Shown piece by piece: positions 12,423 to 25,384 of a stretch of 64,000 bases of DNA. Within the stretch, counting starts at the first letter, position 1; the number at the start of each line of letters is the position of its first letter. Under the pieces are notes generated by a model. That model was given only the letters and a program-made list of their open reading frames with translations, was not told the DNA's origin and searched no databases. This stretch comes from Octopus vulgaris. Lineage: Eukaryota. Location: positions 29,264,001-29,328,000 of the forward strand of contig OX597815.1 in NCBI GenBank assembly GCA_951406725.2, read 5' to 3'. A program made the position numbers and the translations under genes.

Positions 12423-13029
12423 AAAACTTGGAAATGGATGCATAGCATTCAATCATATAATATAAATAATATATAAATATATATGCATACATCCATATGT
12501 GTACATACATATATATATATATACACATGCATATATGGGTACAGGACACCACAGAGTGTAAACAACATGAAATATGAAAACAACATAAAATACGAAAACA
12601 TGGAATACAAACTTTTTTTGTGACCATCAAAAGAAACGAAAATATATATATTTATTCATATGTATGTATTTTTGTGTCTGTGTTTGTCTCCTTATCATCA
12701 CTTGACAACCGATGACGGTGTGTTTATGTCACCATAACTTAGCAGTTCGACAAAAGAGACCAATAGAATAAGTACTAGGCTTACAAAGAATAAGTCCTGG
12801 GGTTGATTTGTTCAACTAAAGGTGGGGCTCTTTTACTTGTTTCAGTCAAATGACTGAAACAAGTAAAAGAATAAAAGAATATGAAGCAGAGTTTGTGTGT
12901 GTGTGCATATGTTCCTTATGCATTTGAAAACTTAGTTGCCGATTTTGATGTATGGGGTATCAAAAGATTCTGTAATCTTTCAGTTACCAAATAAACTTTA
13001 TTTTCATTTACATATTTGCATTACACAGA

Positions 13030-14180
13030 TTGAACCTGCAACAAGAGAGCCAATTACAAACGAAAGATGTCATTGAATGACTTCTATTCTTACCAACTGA
13101 TGTTAAGACCAGAACAATCAAATCAATTACACATGTATCATGATCTATTTCGGCAATACCTGGTTGATATGTATGCTAAAGTTGAGAGTAAGTGTCTCCT
13201 CTACATTTGTAACAATCAAAAAAGTTAAGGGCTAAAAATTATGTTCATTTCTTAGATGCTCTGAGGACAGATAGTGGTATTCAAAACATGGGGCAACTTT
13301 TAATCCTCCCATTATCATTCACGGATGATCCTCGTTATATGCACAAATGAATACAAGATGCTATGACATATGTCGAGACATATGGAAAACCAGATCTTGT
13401 TACTTCTTTCACCTGCAATCCTAAATGAGAGGAAATAAAATCTAACCTTCTTCCAGTGTTGCATCTTCTGGTATTGCAGCTACCCTCCTCAATGGGAGAA
13501 GAACTGCTCATTCCATATTCAAGCTCCCTCTGAACCTTGCAATGAAAGAATCTCAGATGTGCAACATTTCCCAAAACTCTGCAATGGCAACAGTTCTCCA
13601 ATAAACTTGCCTCATTGTTTGGGATGAGTGCACTATGAGGTACTTGACTGTACACTCCAAGACGTAAAAAACAATAGCATGCTCACGGAGAGAGTAACAG
13701 TTCTTGCAGGAGATTTTCATCAAGCATTGCCAGTTATCCCCAAAGGGTCAAACGCTGATGAGGTCAATGCATGCTTACGAAAATCGTATCATTGCAGAAA
13801 TGTGAAAAAACTTCATCTTGCAAGCAACATGAGAGTACTTTTACAAGGTGATCATATGAGCTTCTTAAGATTGGTAATGGGATATTTGCACTCAACTCAA
13901 GATTACAGCTACATGAAATTACATGCAGTCAAATGATACTTTCTCTTAGGGATCTTATGGATAAAGTACTTCCTAATTTATCTGTCAATTTTACTGATGT
14001 AAACTGGATATGTGAAAGAGCTATACTGGCTCCAACTAAAGAACCAAATGAAGGGCAGATTTTCAAGCCCAAGATCATCCTGATTCCAAAAAGGTATAAT
14101 ATGTCTATGTAGAGGAAATATAGGCTGAGATACAGGGGTCCCAGATGGATAGACAGAATTTCGTTTTTATTATTATTGAT
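13030..14180 (+). mobile_element. Helitron Rep-helicase remnants, internally deleted
   Basis: LFRQYLVDMYAKVES, DAMTYVETYGKPDLVTSFTCNP (Rep); VASSGIAATLLNGRRTAHSIFKLPL, IVWDECTM, VLAGDFHQALPVIPKG, NMRV (PIF1-like helicase). Confidence 0.9.
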
Positions 14181-15560
14181 TGTTCATAGTTTTTTGTCTA
14201 TATAAGCAGTGACTACCTTGCTTAATCCTGTAACTAAAGTTAATTTTTAAAAAAATTGAAATTGTATAATTACAACCTTTCTAATTTTGGTACAGGTCCA
14301 GCAGTTCTGAGAGGAGGAAGATTGTCATTTACTTGACTGGCACTTTATCTTATCAACTCCAAAAAGATAAAAGGTAAAATTGACCTCAGCAGTAAGAGCC
14401 TGAAGAAATTCCACTAAGCATTTGGTCTGACTTATCAATGATTCTGTTAGCTTGCCACTTTTGATTATTGTAATAATAACAAACTTTCTTGCATGTTTTT
14501 ATTTGGAAAAGCTACACTTGAATATGTTATCATAATAATTTCTGCTATGGTAAGTGTAAAAGTATTCTTTTTGCAATTGGTGTGGTAGATGGTCATGGCT
14601 AGAAACCTTTAGTATTAGGTTTGCTCAATCATAATTGATTTGACAATAAACAACTACAGCAACAATAATAACTACTTTAGTAACTACATATCAAACTTGT
14701 TTGACAGTTGATTATATGCCATATTCATAGTTGAACCTCACTCCACCTACTGATTAACTGCAGTGACACACAGACACAAATACACCCCCATGCTATTACT
14801 CCCACCTCTTTTACCTCTCTATTAAATCCTTTTTATACTTAAAAATTTGTAAAAAAATATATTTTTTATTTATATTATTGTATATTTAGTGTGACACAAA
14901 CTAAACAAACAGGGCTATAGTGTTGGCTGTAAGTTGAGTGCAAGGAAATGTCACGCATGACTAGAAACAGGACAATAATAATGATGTATGAACATGCAAA
15001 GAACAGACAAGGCTTGCAAAAAATAAATTCGTGTATATGCAATACATTCAGAAAGGTGGAATAATTAGGTGTAACTGTTTCCACATGACATGTTCCCCTT
15101 TTCAGAAGCATTCACATATGCATTCATACACCTGCACATATGCTCAATTGCTTTGGCATTCATTTATTCATTTATGTTGGATAAATAAGATTATTTTATT
15201 TGCATGCATCTCTATTTTGTACATGAATTGTTGAAGCAAAAGGTCTTGCAACAAGATGTTCTTTTGACCCACCTAAACCACTTCAACATTTACGAATTAT
15301 GCTTTCTACTATAGGCTCAAAGCCTTAAATTTTAGAGAAGGTGGTCATTGACTCCAGTACTCAACTAGTACTTATTTTATTGATCTTGAAATGATGAAAG
15401 GCCAAGTTAACTACAGTGGTATTTGAACTTAGGACATTAAAGATGGTCAGAATATTGCTAAGCATTTTGTCCTGCGTGCTGATGATTCTGCCAGCTCAAC
15501 TTATATCATTGGTTCCTAAATTGCATATATATATATATAGATATGCACACACACATACAC

Positions 15561-15595
<35 letters not shown>

Positions 15596-15596
<1 letters not shown>

Positions 15597-16063
15597 GACT
15601 GGCATCCGTGCTAGTGGAGCACTAAGAGCACCATCCGAGCATGATCATTGCCAGAGCAGCTAACTGGCTTCTGTGCCGGTGGCACGTAAAAAGCACCATT
15701 CGAGCGTGATCATTACCAGCGTCGCCTTACTGGCACTTGTACTGGTGGCACATGAAAAAACATTCGAGCGAGGTTGTTGCCAGTGCTGCTGGACTGGCTC
15801 CTGTGCAGGTGGCACGTAAAAAACGCCATTTGAGCATGGCTGTTGCCAGTACCACTTGACTGGCCCTTGTGCTGGTGGCATGTAAAAGCACTCACTACAC
15901 TCTCGGAATGGTTGGCGTTAGGAAGGGCATCCAGCTGTAGAAACTCTGCCAGATCAGATTGGAGCCTGGTGCAGCCATCTAGTTTGCCAGTCCTCAGTCA
16001 AATCGTACAACCCATGCTAGCATGGAAAGCGAACGTTAAACAATGATGATGATGATGATGATG
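15596..16063 (+). mobile_element. RTE 3' UTR fragment with ~65-nt internal repeats and (ATG)n tail
   Basis: Colinear with 44453-44860. Confidence 0.85.
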
Positions 16064-16830
16064 ATTGGGACATCCCATAAATAATGCAGTTTTTTTATAC
16101 TTGCAAGGCCCCTCTTACAAAATTCACTTGTCTGTGACAAAAAATACTCTCCAGTACTGTTCTGACCTCATCTACAGAATTCATATTTTTTCTGTCCAAA
16201 TGATTTTGGAGACTGCAGAATAAACGAAAATCAGATGGGGTAATGTCTGGCAAATATGGTAGGTGGGGCATCGTTTCCTATTCAAATTGCTCCAGCCTTT
16301 GGAATATCATTATCGCTGTATGTGGCTGAGCATTATTCTGATGGAAGAACACCTTTTGTCTTGAAAGCAGAGATGGTCGTTTTTCTTCTAGTACTAACTT
16401 AAGCCGCTCAAGCTGCTTGCAGTAGATCTCCTTTGTTATCATTTGGTTTGGGTTTAAAAGTTCAAAGTGGACTAAACCTTTCATATCCCACCAAACAGAT
16501 AACAACACCTTACATGAGTGAAGACCTTCTTTAGCCTGGGGTGCTGGTGTTCTCCTTTCCCTGATGGTGTTTCTCCTTTCTTTGGCACTTGACATTTTTA
16601 TAGAGAGCCCATTTCTTATCATCAGTGACTGTTTGGTCCAAGAAAAGGTGTTTGAGCTCTACAGATCTTCCAAGACGAGGCACATCTTCTAGGCTGTAGT
16701 TTCCAGCTCAGAATTTCTGAAACCACTGTTGACACTGGCTTACACTTATTGTCCAATCGCCATATACTGCATTAATATTCTTTGCATTTTCTGTTGCATT
16801 GTTGCCTTTATTGAATTCATAAAGGAAAAT
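16064..16830 (-). mobile_element. Mariner copy with internal deletion
   Basis: KVLLSVWWDMKGLVHFELL...FFHQNNAQPHTA; TIR ttgggacatcccataaataatgc at 16064. Confidence 0.9.
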
Positions 16831-17793
16831 ATGTTAAGGGTGATGTGGATACAGAAACTGTCTGATAGCTATGACTGGGTTCTCCTGCTTGTGTGGCATG
16901 GTGCAAAGTCCTGTTGCCATCCATAGGGTCTTCTAGCAGCCACCCTCTTGACCCAGGGTAGCACTACCTTCTCCGGGCACTTGATGTAGGCCTCCATGTG
17001 GAGTCTGAGGTTGCATGGGAAGATGAATGGAGGCTTAATGTCGCCATTACTAGTGATCACTCCAAACACCATGATGTTGACTGGATATTTGATTTTTATC
17101 ACTCTTGGTACATGTTTTGGGGACATGGCAAGCCAACAGTTGTTCTGTGTTCACCATCTGACTCTGGCAGAAATTTTTCTCATCTGAGAAAAACTAAAGC
17201 ATGTTTGGTTAAAGGGCATGCTCAAGTTTGTTCAAAAGCTTTGTAGTGCAGTCTTTCCTCTAGTCCTTAATGGTTTGGGATAAAAATTGGCCCTTTCTCA
17301 TCTTGTATAAGGAATACCAAATGTCTTCATGCACTACCTGTCTGATAAGAAACTCAAATACTCCCATGTCTCTGGCAATGGACCGGATTGACTGTGAGAG
17401 ATTGTTGTCAATCATGGCCTGGATCTCACCAACAGATTTAGGAGTTCTTTTTTTTTTTCATAACGATCAGAGCGAGTGTTTCAAGCTGCCGTACCTCCAT
17501 AATCACCATTAGACTCATCCAACTCTTTCTGAATCCTCTGCACTGTCCTCAGATTGACACTCAAACACTCTGAAATGTTTGTATTGGAGCTTCTGGTGTG
17601 AATGCCAAGCAGTACAGCTTGTTGTTTCCAAATTTCTGGCTGATTGAATTGTATCATGGTGCTGTTTTTCTCACAGACAGTGCTCAATGGACCCTACTGT
17701 ACTATGACAAAATCAAAAACAAACAATGTGCATGTGCAAAATTAATAATATAAAAAATGTAAAATGGCAACAATTTACCCATTGCATCCTGTA
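16831..17793 (-). mobile_element. Tc1/mariner maT-like (DD37D-type) transposon, 5' part
   Basis: IMVFGVITSNGDIKPPFIF...VVLPWVK...WQQDFAPCHTSRRTQS; left end TA|caggatgcaatgggtaaattg. Third catalytic residue absent, so family assignment rests on motif resemblance. Confidence 0.75.
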
Positions 17794-17877
17794 TATATGT
17801 AAACATGATAATCATATACATGTATACACAGCATCATCATGAACACATGCTTGCATTGGTTGGGTGCTGTATGTATA

Positions 17878-17908
<31 letters not shown>

Positions 17909-18814
17909 CTATGTGTGTGTGGAGTGTTTTTAAATACATGAAAAAGAAACTTAATATATGTGCACAGTGAAATATCTATTAGAGTAAATATTGACAGTAA
18001 CTTAGCAGTTTTATCAGGAATGACTTATTCAAAGTATGGGATAGTTTCAATGAGCCGTTGTTATTCAATTTAATCATATGGGACATTTATATTTATTATT
18101 TATTATTTGGCTGATTTGTCAAGAAAATAAATAATGTCCCATGACAATTATTCTTGACAGTAAATTGTAATCCTAACTAATCTGGGTATTAAAGTTATCA
18201 AAATACTACCATTTTCAAGTAAGAAATATTATTTATTTCTCTCTCTTTCCATGTGTATGTGTGTATGTGCATCTGTGTGTGTGTGTATGTGCATCTGTGT
18301 GTGTGTGTGTGTGTGTGTATGTGCATACATGCACACAGAAGTCACGTATTCACCTCTTTATCAAGACATCTGCTCCTCTATCATTGTTTCTTATCTCTTC
18401 ATTCTATACCCAACCTCACTTTGTCTTGCAGGTACTCGGTGAACTCACTGGTGCTGGTGCAATGTAAAAAGCACTCAGTATGTTAAGTGGTTGGTATTAG
18501 GAAGGGCATCCAGCTGTAGAAACCATGCCAAAGCAGACACAGTATCTGGTACAGTTCTCTGGCTCATCTGTTCTTGTTGAACCATCCAATCCATATCAGC
18601 GTAGAAAAGGGGACATTAAACAACGATGACGACAATGACAGTGATGGCGACAACAATGATGACGATAGTGACGGCAACAACAATAACAGATTCAACTTGA
18701 TCGTAATAAAATTTATTCTAATATTCAACAGAATCTAATGCCAAGATATGAGTATCAACAAAATTGACAAACAATTCTGTGTACATCTTAATATACATGC
18801 TATGAGAAACAGAT

Positions 18815-19270
18815 ATAACTTAGAATAACTTAGAAAGGTTTTGGCCAGTATTGGCCCAGGCCATGTCTAACTTAAAAGCACCACCTGGCGAAGTCTTTCA
18901 ATTCAGGATTTGGGCACCAAGGCCCATTCGAGCAGAGAGTTATTGTTTGAGGAGACATATCCGGGTGTGGGTGGTTTGTCCGGGACTGTTTGAAGGAATT
19001 TGTCCAAAGACTTCTTGAATTTTGTGTGGTCAGTTTCTGTTTTGACGTGTCCTGGTGTAATGTTGAAGAGAGCGGGTCCAATTGAGGTGAAATAATTGTG
19101 CCGTATAGTTGTTATGAGATGCGATTTAGATTTTTGTTGTGGACGGATGGCATGGGGTCCAAGTCTTGGATGTATTTTGAAGGTGATACCAACATCATTT
19201 GGACAGTGCTGATGGAATATTTTCCACATCATACAGATAATGTAGTGTTCATGGCGTCGTTGGAGTGAAT
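18815..19270 (-). mobile_element. CR1-group LINE 3' end
   Basis: YSLQRR...YII..MWKI...GPALFN...FKKSLDKFLQTVPDKPPTPGY...NSLL*; short tandem tail ttctaagtta. Confidence 0.75.
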
Positions 19271-19552
19271 ACATATAAAAGCTAATCTTAATTTTTTCTT
19301 GGAAATTTATGCAAACCATCAAATACTAATTTGTTTTAGACATTCTTTTTTCCTTTATTTGCTTCTAGAAAATTATTTTCTTCTTTTTTATTACCTTTTG
19401 GTTTTTTGTGTTGTCATGATGACAAAGCTTGTCTTCTTCAGCACCTGAGAATTGTTGTTTCCATAGTTTTTTAGCCTAGGCCAGTCCTAACTGAGTAGGT
19501 TTGTGATAAAAGATCTCTGACTATGACTATCCTGTCTTTTTATAGATAGTGT

Positions 19553-19584
<32 letters not shown>

Positions 19585-20117
19585 TGTTTAACGTCCGCTT
19601 TCCATGCTAGCATGGGTTGGACGATTTGACTGAGGGCTGGCGAACCAGATGGCTGCACCAGGCTTCAATCTTGATCTGGCAGAGTTTCTACAGCTGGATG
19701 CCCTTCCTAATGCCAACTACTCCGAGAGTGTAGTGGGTGCACAGAGGCCAGTCAGGCGGCACTGGCAGTGACCTCGCTCGAATCTTTTGCACATTCCACC
19801 TGCACAAGTGCCAGTAAGGCAATGCTGGTAACGATCACGCTAAAATGGTGTCTTTTATGTGCCACCGGCACGGAGGCCAGATAGTCGCTCTGGCAACCAT
19901 CACGCTCAGATGGTGCTCTTAACACCCTACTAGCACAGGGCTCGAGTGCCAGTAATGCGACGCTGGTAACGATCATGCTCGAATGGTGCCTTTTAAGTGC
20001 CACTGGCATGGAAGCCAGTTAGCTGCTCTGTCAATGATCACACTCGTTTGGTGCTCTTTGCACCCCGCTAGCACGGATGCCAGTCATCGAATTTGATTTT
20101 GATTTTGATTTTTGATT
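19553..20117 (-). mobile_element. RTE 3' UTR fragment
   Basis: Reverse complement of the 15596 and 44450 tail type. Confidence 0.85.
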
Positions 20118-20699
20118 TTGATTTTCATCTTCAATGCATTCTTTTTTAAGACAGTAAGATATAATTTGAGGGCAGTTTGGCTGCTGTTTCTAGCAGATCA
20201 AGTGACTGTATAGAGATAGCTCTGAGAGTGACATTGTCTGTAATTTAGCTCTGGATAGCACCAACCGTTGTTGCAAAGCAAAGAAAGAAATTTCTGCCAA
20301 AGAAGCACTTCTTCAAAATGAGGGGAGGGGGAACATGGATGTATGTCATAACATTTGGGAAAATGGAGGAGGACTATCAAGAGTAGTGTTCCTAGTCTTT
20401 TCTTTCAAATTTATTATTTACAAATTCATTTAATAATTTTTAAAAAATTTATTAGTTTTCAAACATTCTTCTTCAGTTTTTTTTTCAGGGCAATGAATGA
20501 GCAAGTAGGAATGGTAGAGAGCTTGACTAAACAACCCACAGCATTTAGCTTTGTTAATGTTGTACATTAGAATTTTAATGGAATTCATTTTGTCTCCTCA
20601 GCCCTCTAGAATCAATAGATATGCTTCAGGAAGTGCTAAAATGATACTAAATTTAATTTGGTTGGCTCTATCCCTCTGTACATTTGATCTTGTGTGTAG

Positions 20700-21128
20700 T
20701 CAAAATAAATTATAATTCATTTTTTTCTATCAACTCTTGTGCATCCCTTTTCTAACTTGAGTCAATGTCTATATAACGTCCTTGGTTTGTAAAAATGTAT
20801 ACAGTAATGTCCTTTATTATTATTGTATATGTAACATAATGCAAATGTGTAGCTTTTTTGTGCATTTTGTTTGCAGAAAATAAAGAAATAACAGTAATAA
20901 TGTTTAATAAATTGCAAGTTATGACTTCATTGCTTTCAGGCTTAGCTTAAGGTATTTTCATGCCCGACATCACAAAATGCATCTGAATAAACATTGCCAG
21001 ACAGCAAATAGAGACTCGGACATTGTTTAGAAAATATTTTTCATTTCTAACCTCATATATAGTACGCACTAGGGATTTTGACTTTTAAATTTTGGGAAAA
21101 AAATGCGGATTACACTTGAGGATTTACA

Positions 21129-21131
<3 letters not shown>
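20700..21131 (+). mobile_element. Probable pogo/Tc1-type DNA transposon end
   Basis: Ends gggaaaaaaatgcggattacacttgaggatttacag|TA, resembling pogo-type TIRs. Left boundary unclear. Confidence 0.4.
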
Positions 21132-21197
<66 letters not shown>

Positions 21198-21289
21198 CAT
21201 ACATAATGATGGTAAGATCAACAAAAAAGTACTCCATCTGGTGGTGAAAGATAAATATTATTTAATAAACACAATATATATAGTTTTAT

Positions 21290-21340
21290 GAGCTACTAAC
21301 AGTTTCATGCAATGGTGCCTTCATGCAATCTTCAGGCTAG
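21290..21340 (-). ncRNA. Type I hammerhead-like motif in a Penelope-like fragment
   Basis: Reverse complement agc-CTGAAGA-ttgca..tgcat-GAAA-ctgttaGTA-gct. Confidence 0.55.
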
Positions 21341-21530
21341 CCCGAGGATTGCATGAAGGCACCAAACATGTTAAAAAATGCTGTCTGTGATGTTTTCATT
21401 GCATGAAACTATTGATAGCTCATACAAATATATATTGTGTTTATTAAATAATACATAGATAGATATATCTGTGTGTGCGTGTGCATGTGTATTTGTATAT
21501 TGTTGAAAAATTGAAAAACCTGGTGCTTTT

Positions 21531-21687
21531 ATATAAAAATACTCTGCTTGGTATTTGTTCCACTTGAATTGCATAGACAATCCCTTGTCTTTTCTCTCCA
21601 TTACATTTCATATAAAAATACTCTGCTTGGTATTTTTTCCACTTGAATTGCACATAGACAATCCTTTGTCTTTTCTCTTCATTACAA
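21531..21687. repeat. Two-copy tandem duplication, ~79-bp unit
   Basis: atataaaaatactctgcttggtattt...ttttctct.cattaca occurs twice. Confidence 0.9.
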
Positions 21688-23140
21688 ATGTAAGGAAAAC
21701 TAATTGGTGACCAACATATGGGTATGGAAACTGGATCTCAATATTTTTCAGGAGAACAATTGACAGAACATTTTAGTTGCATGCAATTAAAAAAAAAATC
21801 CACTTTTTTCCCCAGATGTCATTCAAGTATTCATATTAATGAGAAATATTGGTAATTATTTCTGACATAGCCAGAAGCCTCAAGTTTATATGATAGATAT
21901 AGTCAATTAAAATTGGAGATTGTTGATATTCAAAGTTGTGGAACCATTTAAGAAATTATGTCTTTTATGTTAATTTTCAGTTGAATATTTACCAATGTGG
22001 ATTATTTTTGTAGCTTGAGTTATAGCTTTTTAATTCTTATGCTTGACATATAGTTTGTTAATTATGATAGTTATTTCAGTGAATTCTTGTAACTAGTTAC
22101 TAGTTGACTAATATATGAAGAAGAAGAAGAAAAAGAAACTATCCAGTTAATTCAAATAAAATCTGTATAATATATTTAACTGTGAATAGAGGCGTCAAAT
22201 TTCTTAAATATGTTTGCATGCTTGAATTTTCTTTTGAACAACACTTATTGACAACAAAAGAATTGTAAAAAGAAATTATATAAAAGTGCATATCACAGTG
22301 GACAAGATGGAGGTGTTGAAGTAATATTATGAGAAAGAAAGGGTGTATCTAACATGACATGTACAATATTATACAAAAATAGTACCAGAATTCTTTTTCA
22401 CTGTCATGAGAGTATAATTCTAGTGCAAAATTACAGCAGCAAGTTCAGACGTTCATTATTATGTTGTATATATTTAAAAGAAAATGGTGACCATATAAGT
22501 ATATGTGTGGCTGTGAGATAAGAAGTTTGCTTCCCAACCACGTGGTTCTGGATTCAGTCCCACTGTGTGGCACCTTGGGCTAGTGTCTATAGCCATGGGC
22601 TGACCAAAGCCTTGTGAGTTGATTTGGTAGATGGAAACTGAAAGAAGCCTGTCGTGCATGTGTGTGTCTGTGTCTTTGTGTTGGTGTTTGTTCCCTACCA
22701 CAACTTGACAACCAGTGATGGTTTGTTTACATCACAATAATTTGGCAGTTCAACAAAAAGAAAAAAAAAAAGAATCCCAGTAGGATAAGGACTAGACCAA
22801 TAGAATAAGGACTGGGATAAATTCATTTGACTAAATTTCTTCAAGGCAGTACCCCAGTATTGCCTTGTCTAATGACTGAAAGAAGTAAAAGATAGAGGAT
22901 ATCCGAATATGTAGAATACTAGATTTTAGAATGAGTTTAAAGCTATGTTATCGTGAAGGAAAATTTCACCAAGATTCAATAACAGAGCTATCAATAATAT
23001 AAGGAGTTTGATTCAAATGATTCTATCCCAATTCTCTTTTTATGATACTCAGAAAAACTAAGTAAAATTCTGTTAATAATGTGTAAAATTTTGCTTACAT
23101 ACATTAGTGAACTGTTTTTGTTTAGTAAGTAACAGTAACT

Positions 23141-24787
23141 GCTGTGTTCATGTTCATTTTTGGAGTACCTTTTGGCCAGAATTGTGTGTTGCTGTGTTTT
23201 GAACTGTCTTCCTTCTTTCTTTTTCTCTTCTTTGTCTTCCTTTGAACTATTTTTTGACTTTGTGGTTTTTTTCTGAACTTTCTCTTAACTTTTTCTGAAC
23301 TTTTAAAAAACCTTTGCAAAGAAAATGAATGCTGCATTGGAGTGGCAAATCATCCCACCCAAGTTGAAAAACTTAGAGGAAAGAACGGTGGTGTTGAGGA
23401 CTTATTTTAAGTCACTCAACATCATCGCGGTCTTTCCTAAGACAGAAATCGAAAAAACAGCAGAATATCTGCCAACTATTCAGTTTATTTCCAGGGGTGT
23501 TAGATATGCAACGGTGTGGTTGCTATTTGACACCCTTGAGGTGGCTTGCAAAAGATTCTGTTTATTGTGGAAAGAAATTAACAAGAGCTTGGGTCTGTAG
23601 GCTGCCACCGGGCATTGAACTGGAATGGACAGAGGACACTATCTGCTGGGGTCTCGGTGGCAGTGGGCCCAAGCTTTTAAATGTGAAATTGTTGCCGGTG
23701 GCTGATTGGGTGGAGTCAAAAGCAGATTTGACCCTATGGATCCAATCAGCTGCTAAAGATCTGGTATTTCCAGATTTTCTGAAAATGGCCGGTTGTAGAA
23801 ACCTGGTGATACTTGAAGGACACATCCTCACCAAGTGTCACCTGTGCCTGGAATCGGACCATATTAAGAAGAACTGTCCCCAGGACCAAAGTAGGGTTCT
23901 GGAGTAGTTAATAAAAGTAGCGCCCCCCTCTTCTTTTGGAGGGAGAGATGGAGGCAGCTGAGGAGGTGGAGACCTCCTTGAAAAAAGGAAAAAAAAAGAA
24001 AGAAGGTGGGCAACAATGGTTGCCCACTGAAGAATCTCAAAGCTGCAGGAAGGAGGGAAGATCCTCCAGATAAAGCAGAGGAACTACACCATCCCATAGC
24101 ACAAGGGAGGAGAAAAAAAGAAAAAGAGGAAGAGTGGGACATTGCCGGTGGTTAGTAGTACACTGCTGGCATGTCCTGAAACCTCATCAGTGGGAATTGT
24201 GCCACCGATGGAGGAAAATGTGGCCTCCCCCACCCAGTGTGATGAAGGATGATTTTGTGATCTTTCATAAGGGAGGGGCAGTACAGAGTTTTCTAAAAAA
24301 GCTAGAGGGCTGGAGGGAGGAGATCCTGTCCTGGATTGGCCTCTGCAGGTAACTGCGGAGGTCATAACGGAGGATGATATGTTCAAGGCGATGGACTCCT
24401 TTCCCAAGGACCAATATAGGTTTGCCTTTTGGAGCCCCAACTTGTAACTTCAGGATTGCCTGCGGGAGGCATATAGCCTGGTTGGGGAGAAAGGATAAGA
24501 GGCCTTAGTGCTCAATTTGAATTTGTATTGTTTGTATTTTTTTGGTAAGAGGCTCAGCACCTCAGTTTGTAAGGACGATTGTGTCTGTTCTTTGAAATGA
24601 GGTAAGAAGTTCAATACCTCGTTTTGTTTTGTTGTAAAAAAAGAGAACAATGTTTTCAAGAATGCAAAAACTGGCGGGCATTGTTTGCTTCTCCCACCAC
24701 CCATTTTTCTCATTCCATCATTGTGTCTTTGTCCAGCCCGCAGCTACTACCTCTATGCACGGCATTTATAGCCAATTAAATGAAATA
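23141..24787 (+). mobile_element. L1/Tx1-type non-LTR element containing only a decayed ORF1
   Basis: 14-bp TSD aagtaacagtaact (23127-23140, 24788-24801); zinc knuckle CHLCLESDHIKKNC; A-rich 3' end; no EN/RT motifs seen. Confidence 0.75.
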
Positions 24788-25384
24788 AAGTAACAGTAAC
24801 TTAATTGTTAAAGAGACTTGATATTGGTTTCAAATTTTGGTACAAGGCCAGCAATCTTGGGTGAAGGGGGCAAGTTAATTATGTCAACCCCAGTGCTCAA
24901 CTGGTACTATTTTATTGACCCCCACCAAAAATGGAGTTTGAACTCAGGATGTAAAAATGGAGGAAATGTTGCTAAGCATTTTGTGCAGTATGCTAATGAT
25001 TCTGCCAGCTTGCTACCTTAAACCTTAACTTAATATTTAAAGAAAAGCAAAGAAAATGTAATAAATCATTGGAAAGAATAGCTATGAGGTTAATATACTG
25101 AACTTCTGCTCACATGAAAATGGCTCTGCTCCACTGGCATGATTCACAAGGTGCAGGCATTGGTGTGTGGTTTAGAAGCTCACTTTGCAAACGTGGTTTT
25201 GGATTGAGTTCCACTGCCCAGCACCTTAGGTAAATGTCTTTTACTATTGCTCCAGGCCAACTAATGCCTTATGAGTAAATTTGAACTGTATGTAAGTCCA
25301 TTGTATGTGCATGTGTCGAGGATAAAATTTTTCTAAAAAAATTCTATCAATGGCCAGCATATTAAAAAATACCTTTAAAGGTTA

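Larger units (their letters stand above)
11740..12880 (+). mobile_element. SINE family A split by Penelope-like inserts in its internal (TA)n
   Basis: Head 11740-11900, tail 12660-12880; intervening blocks bounded by TA repeats. Confidence 0.8.

Noticed and set aside
15678-15895. Regularly spaced motif resembling a CRISPR array
   Set aside because: Units are degenerate, linkers are related to each other, it is the 3' UTR of an RTE LINE, and there are no cas genes in this eukaryotic DNA.
19395-19444. Possible 50-nt minus-strand exon (CAG|...AAG|GTAATA)
   Set aside because: Poor pyrimidine tract derived from a repeat end, no recognisable peptide, no partner exons.
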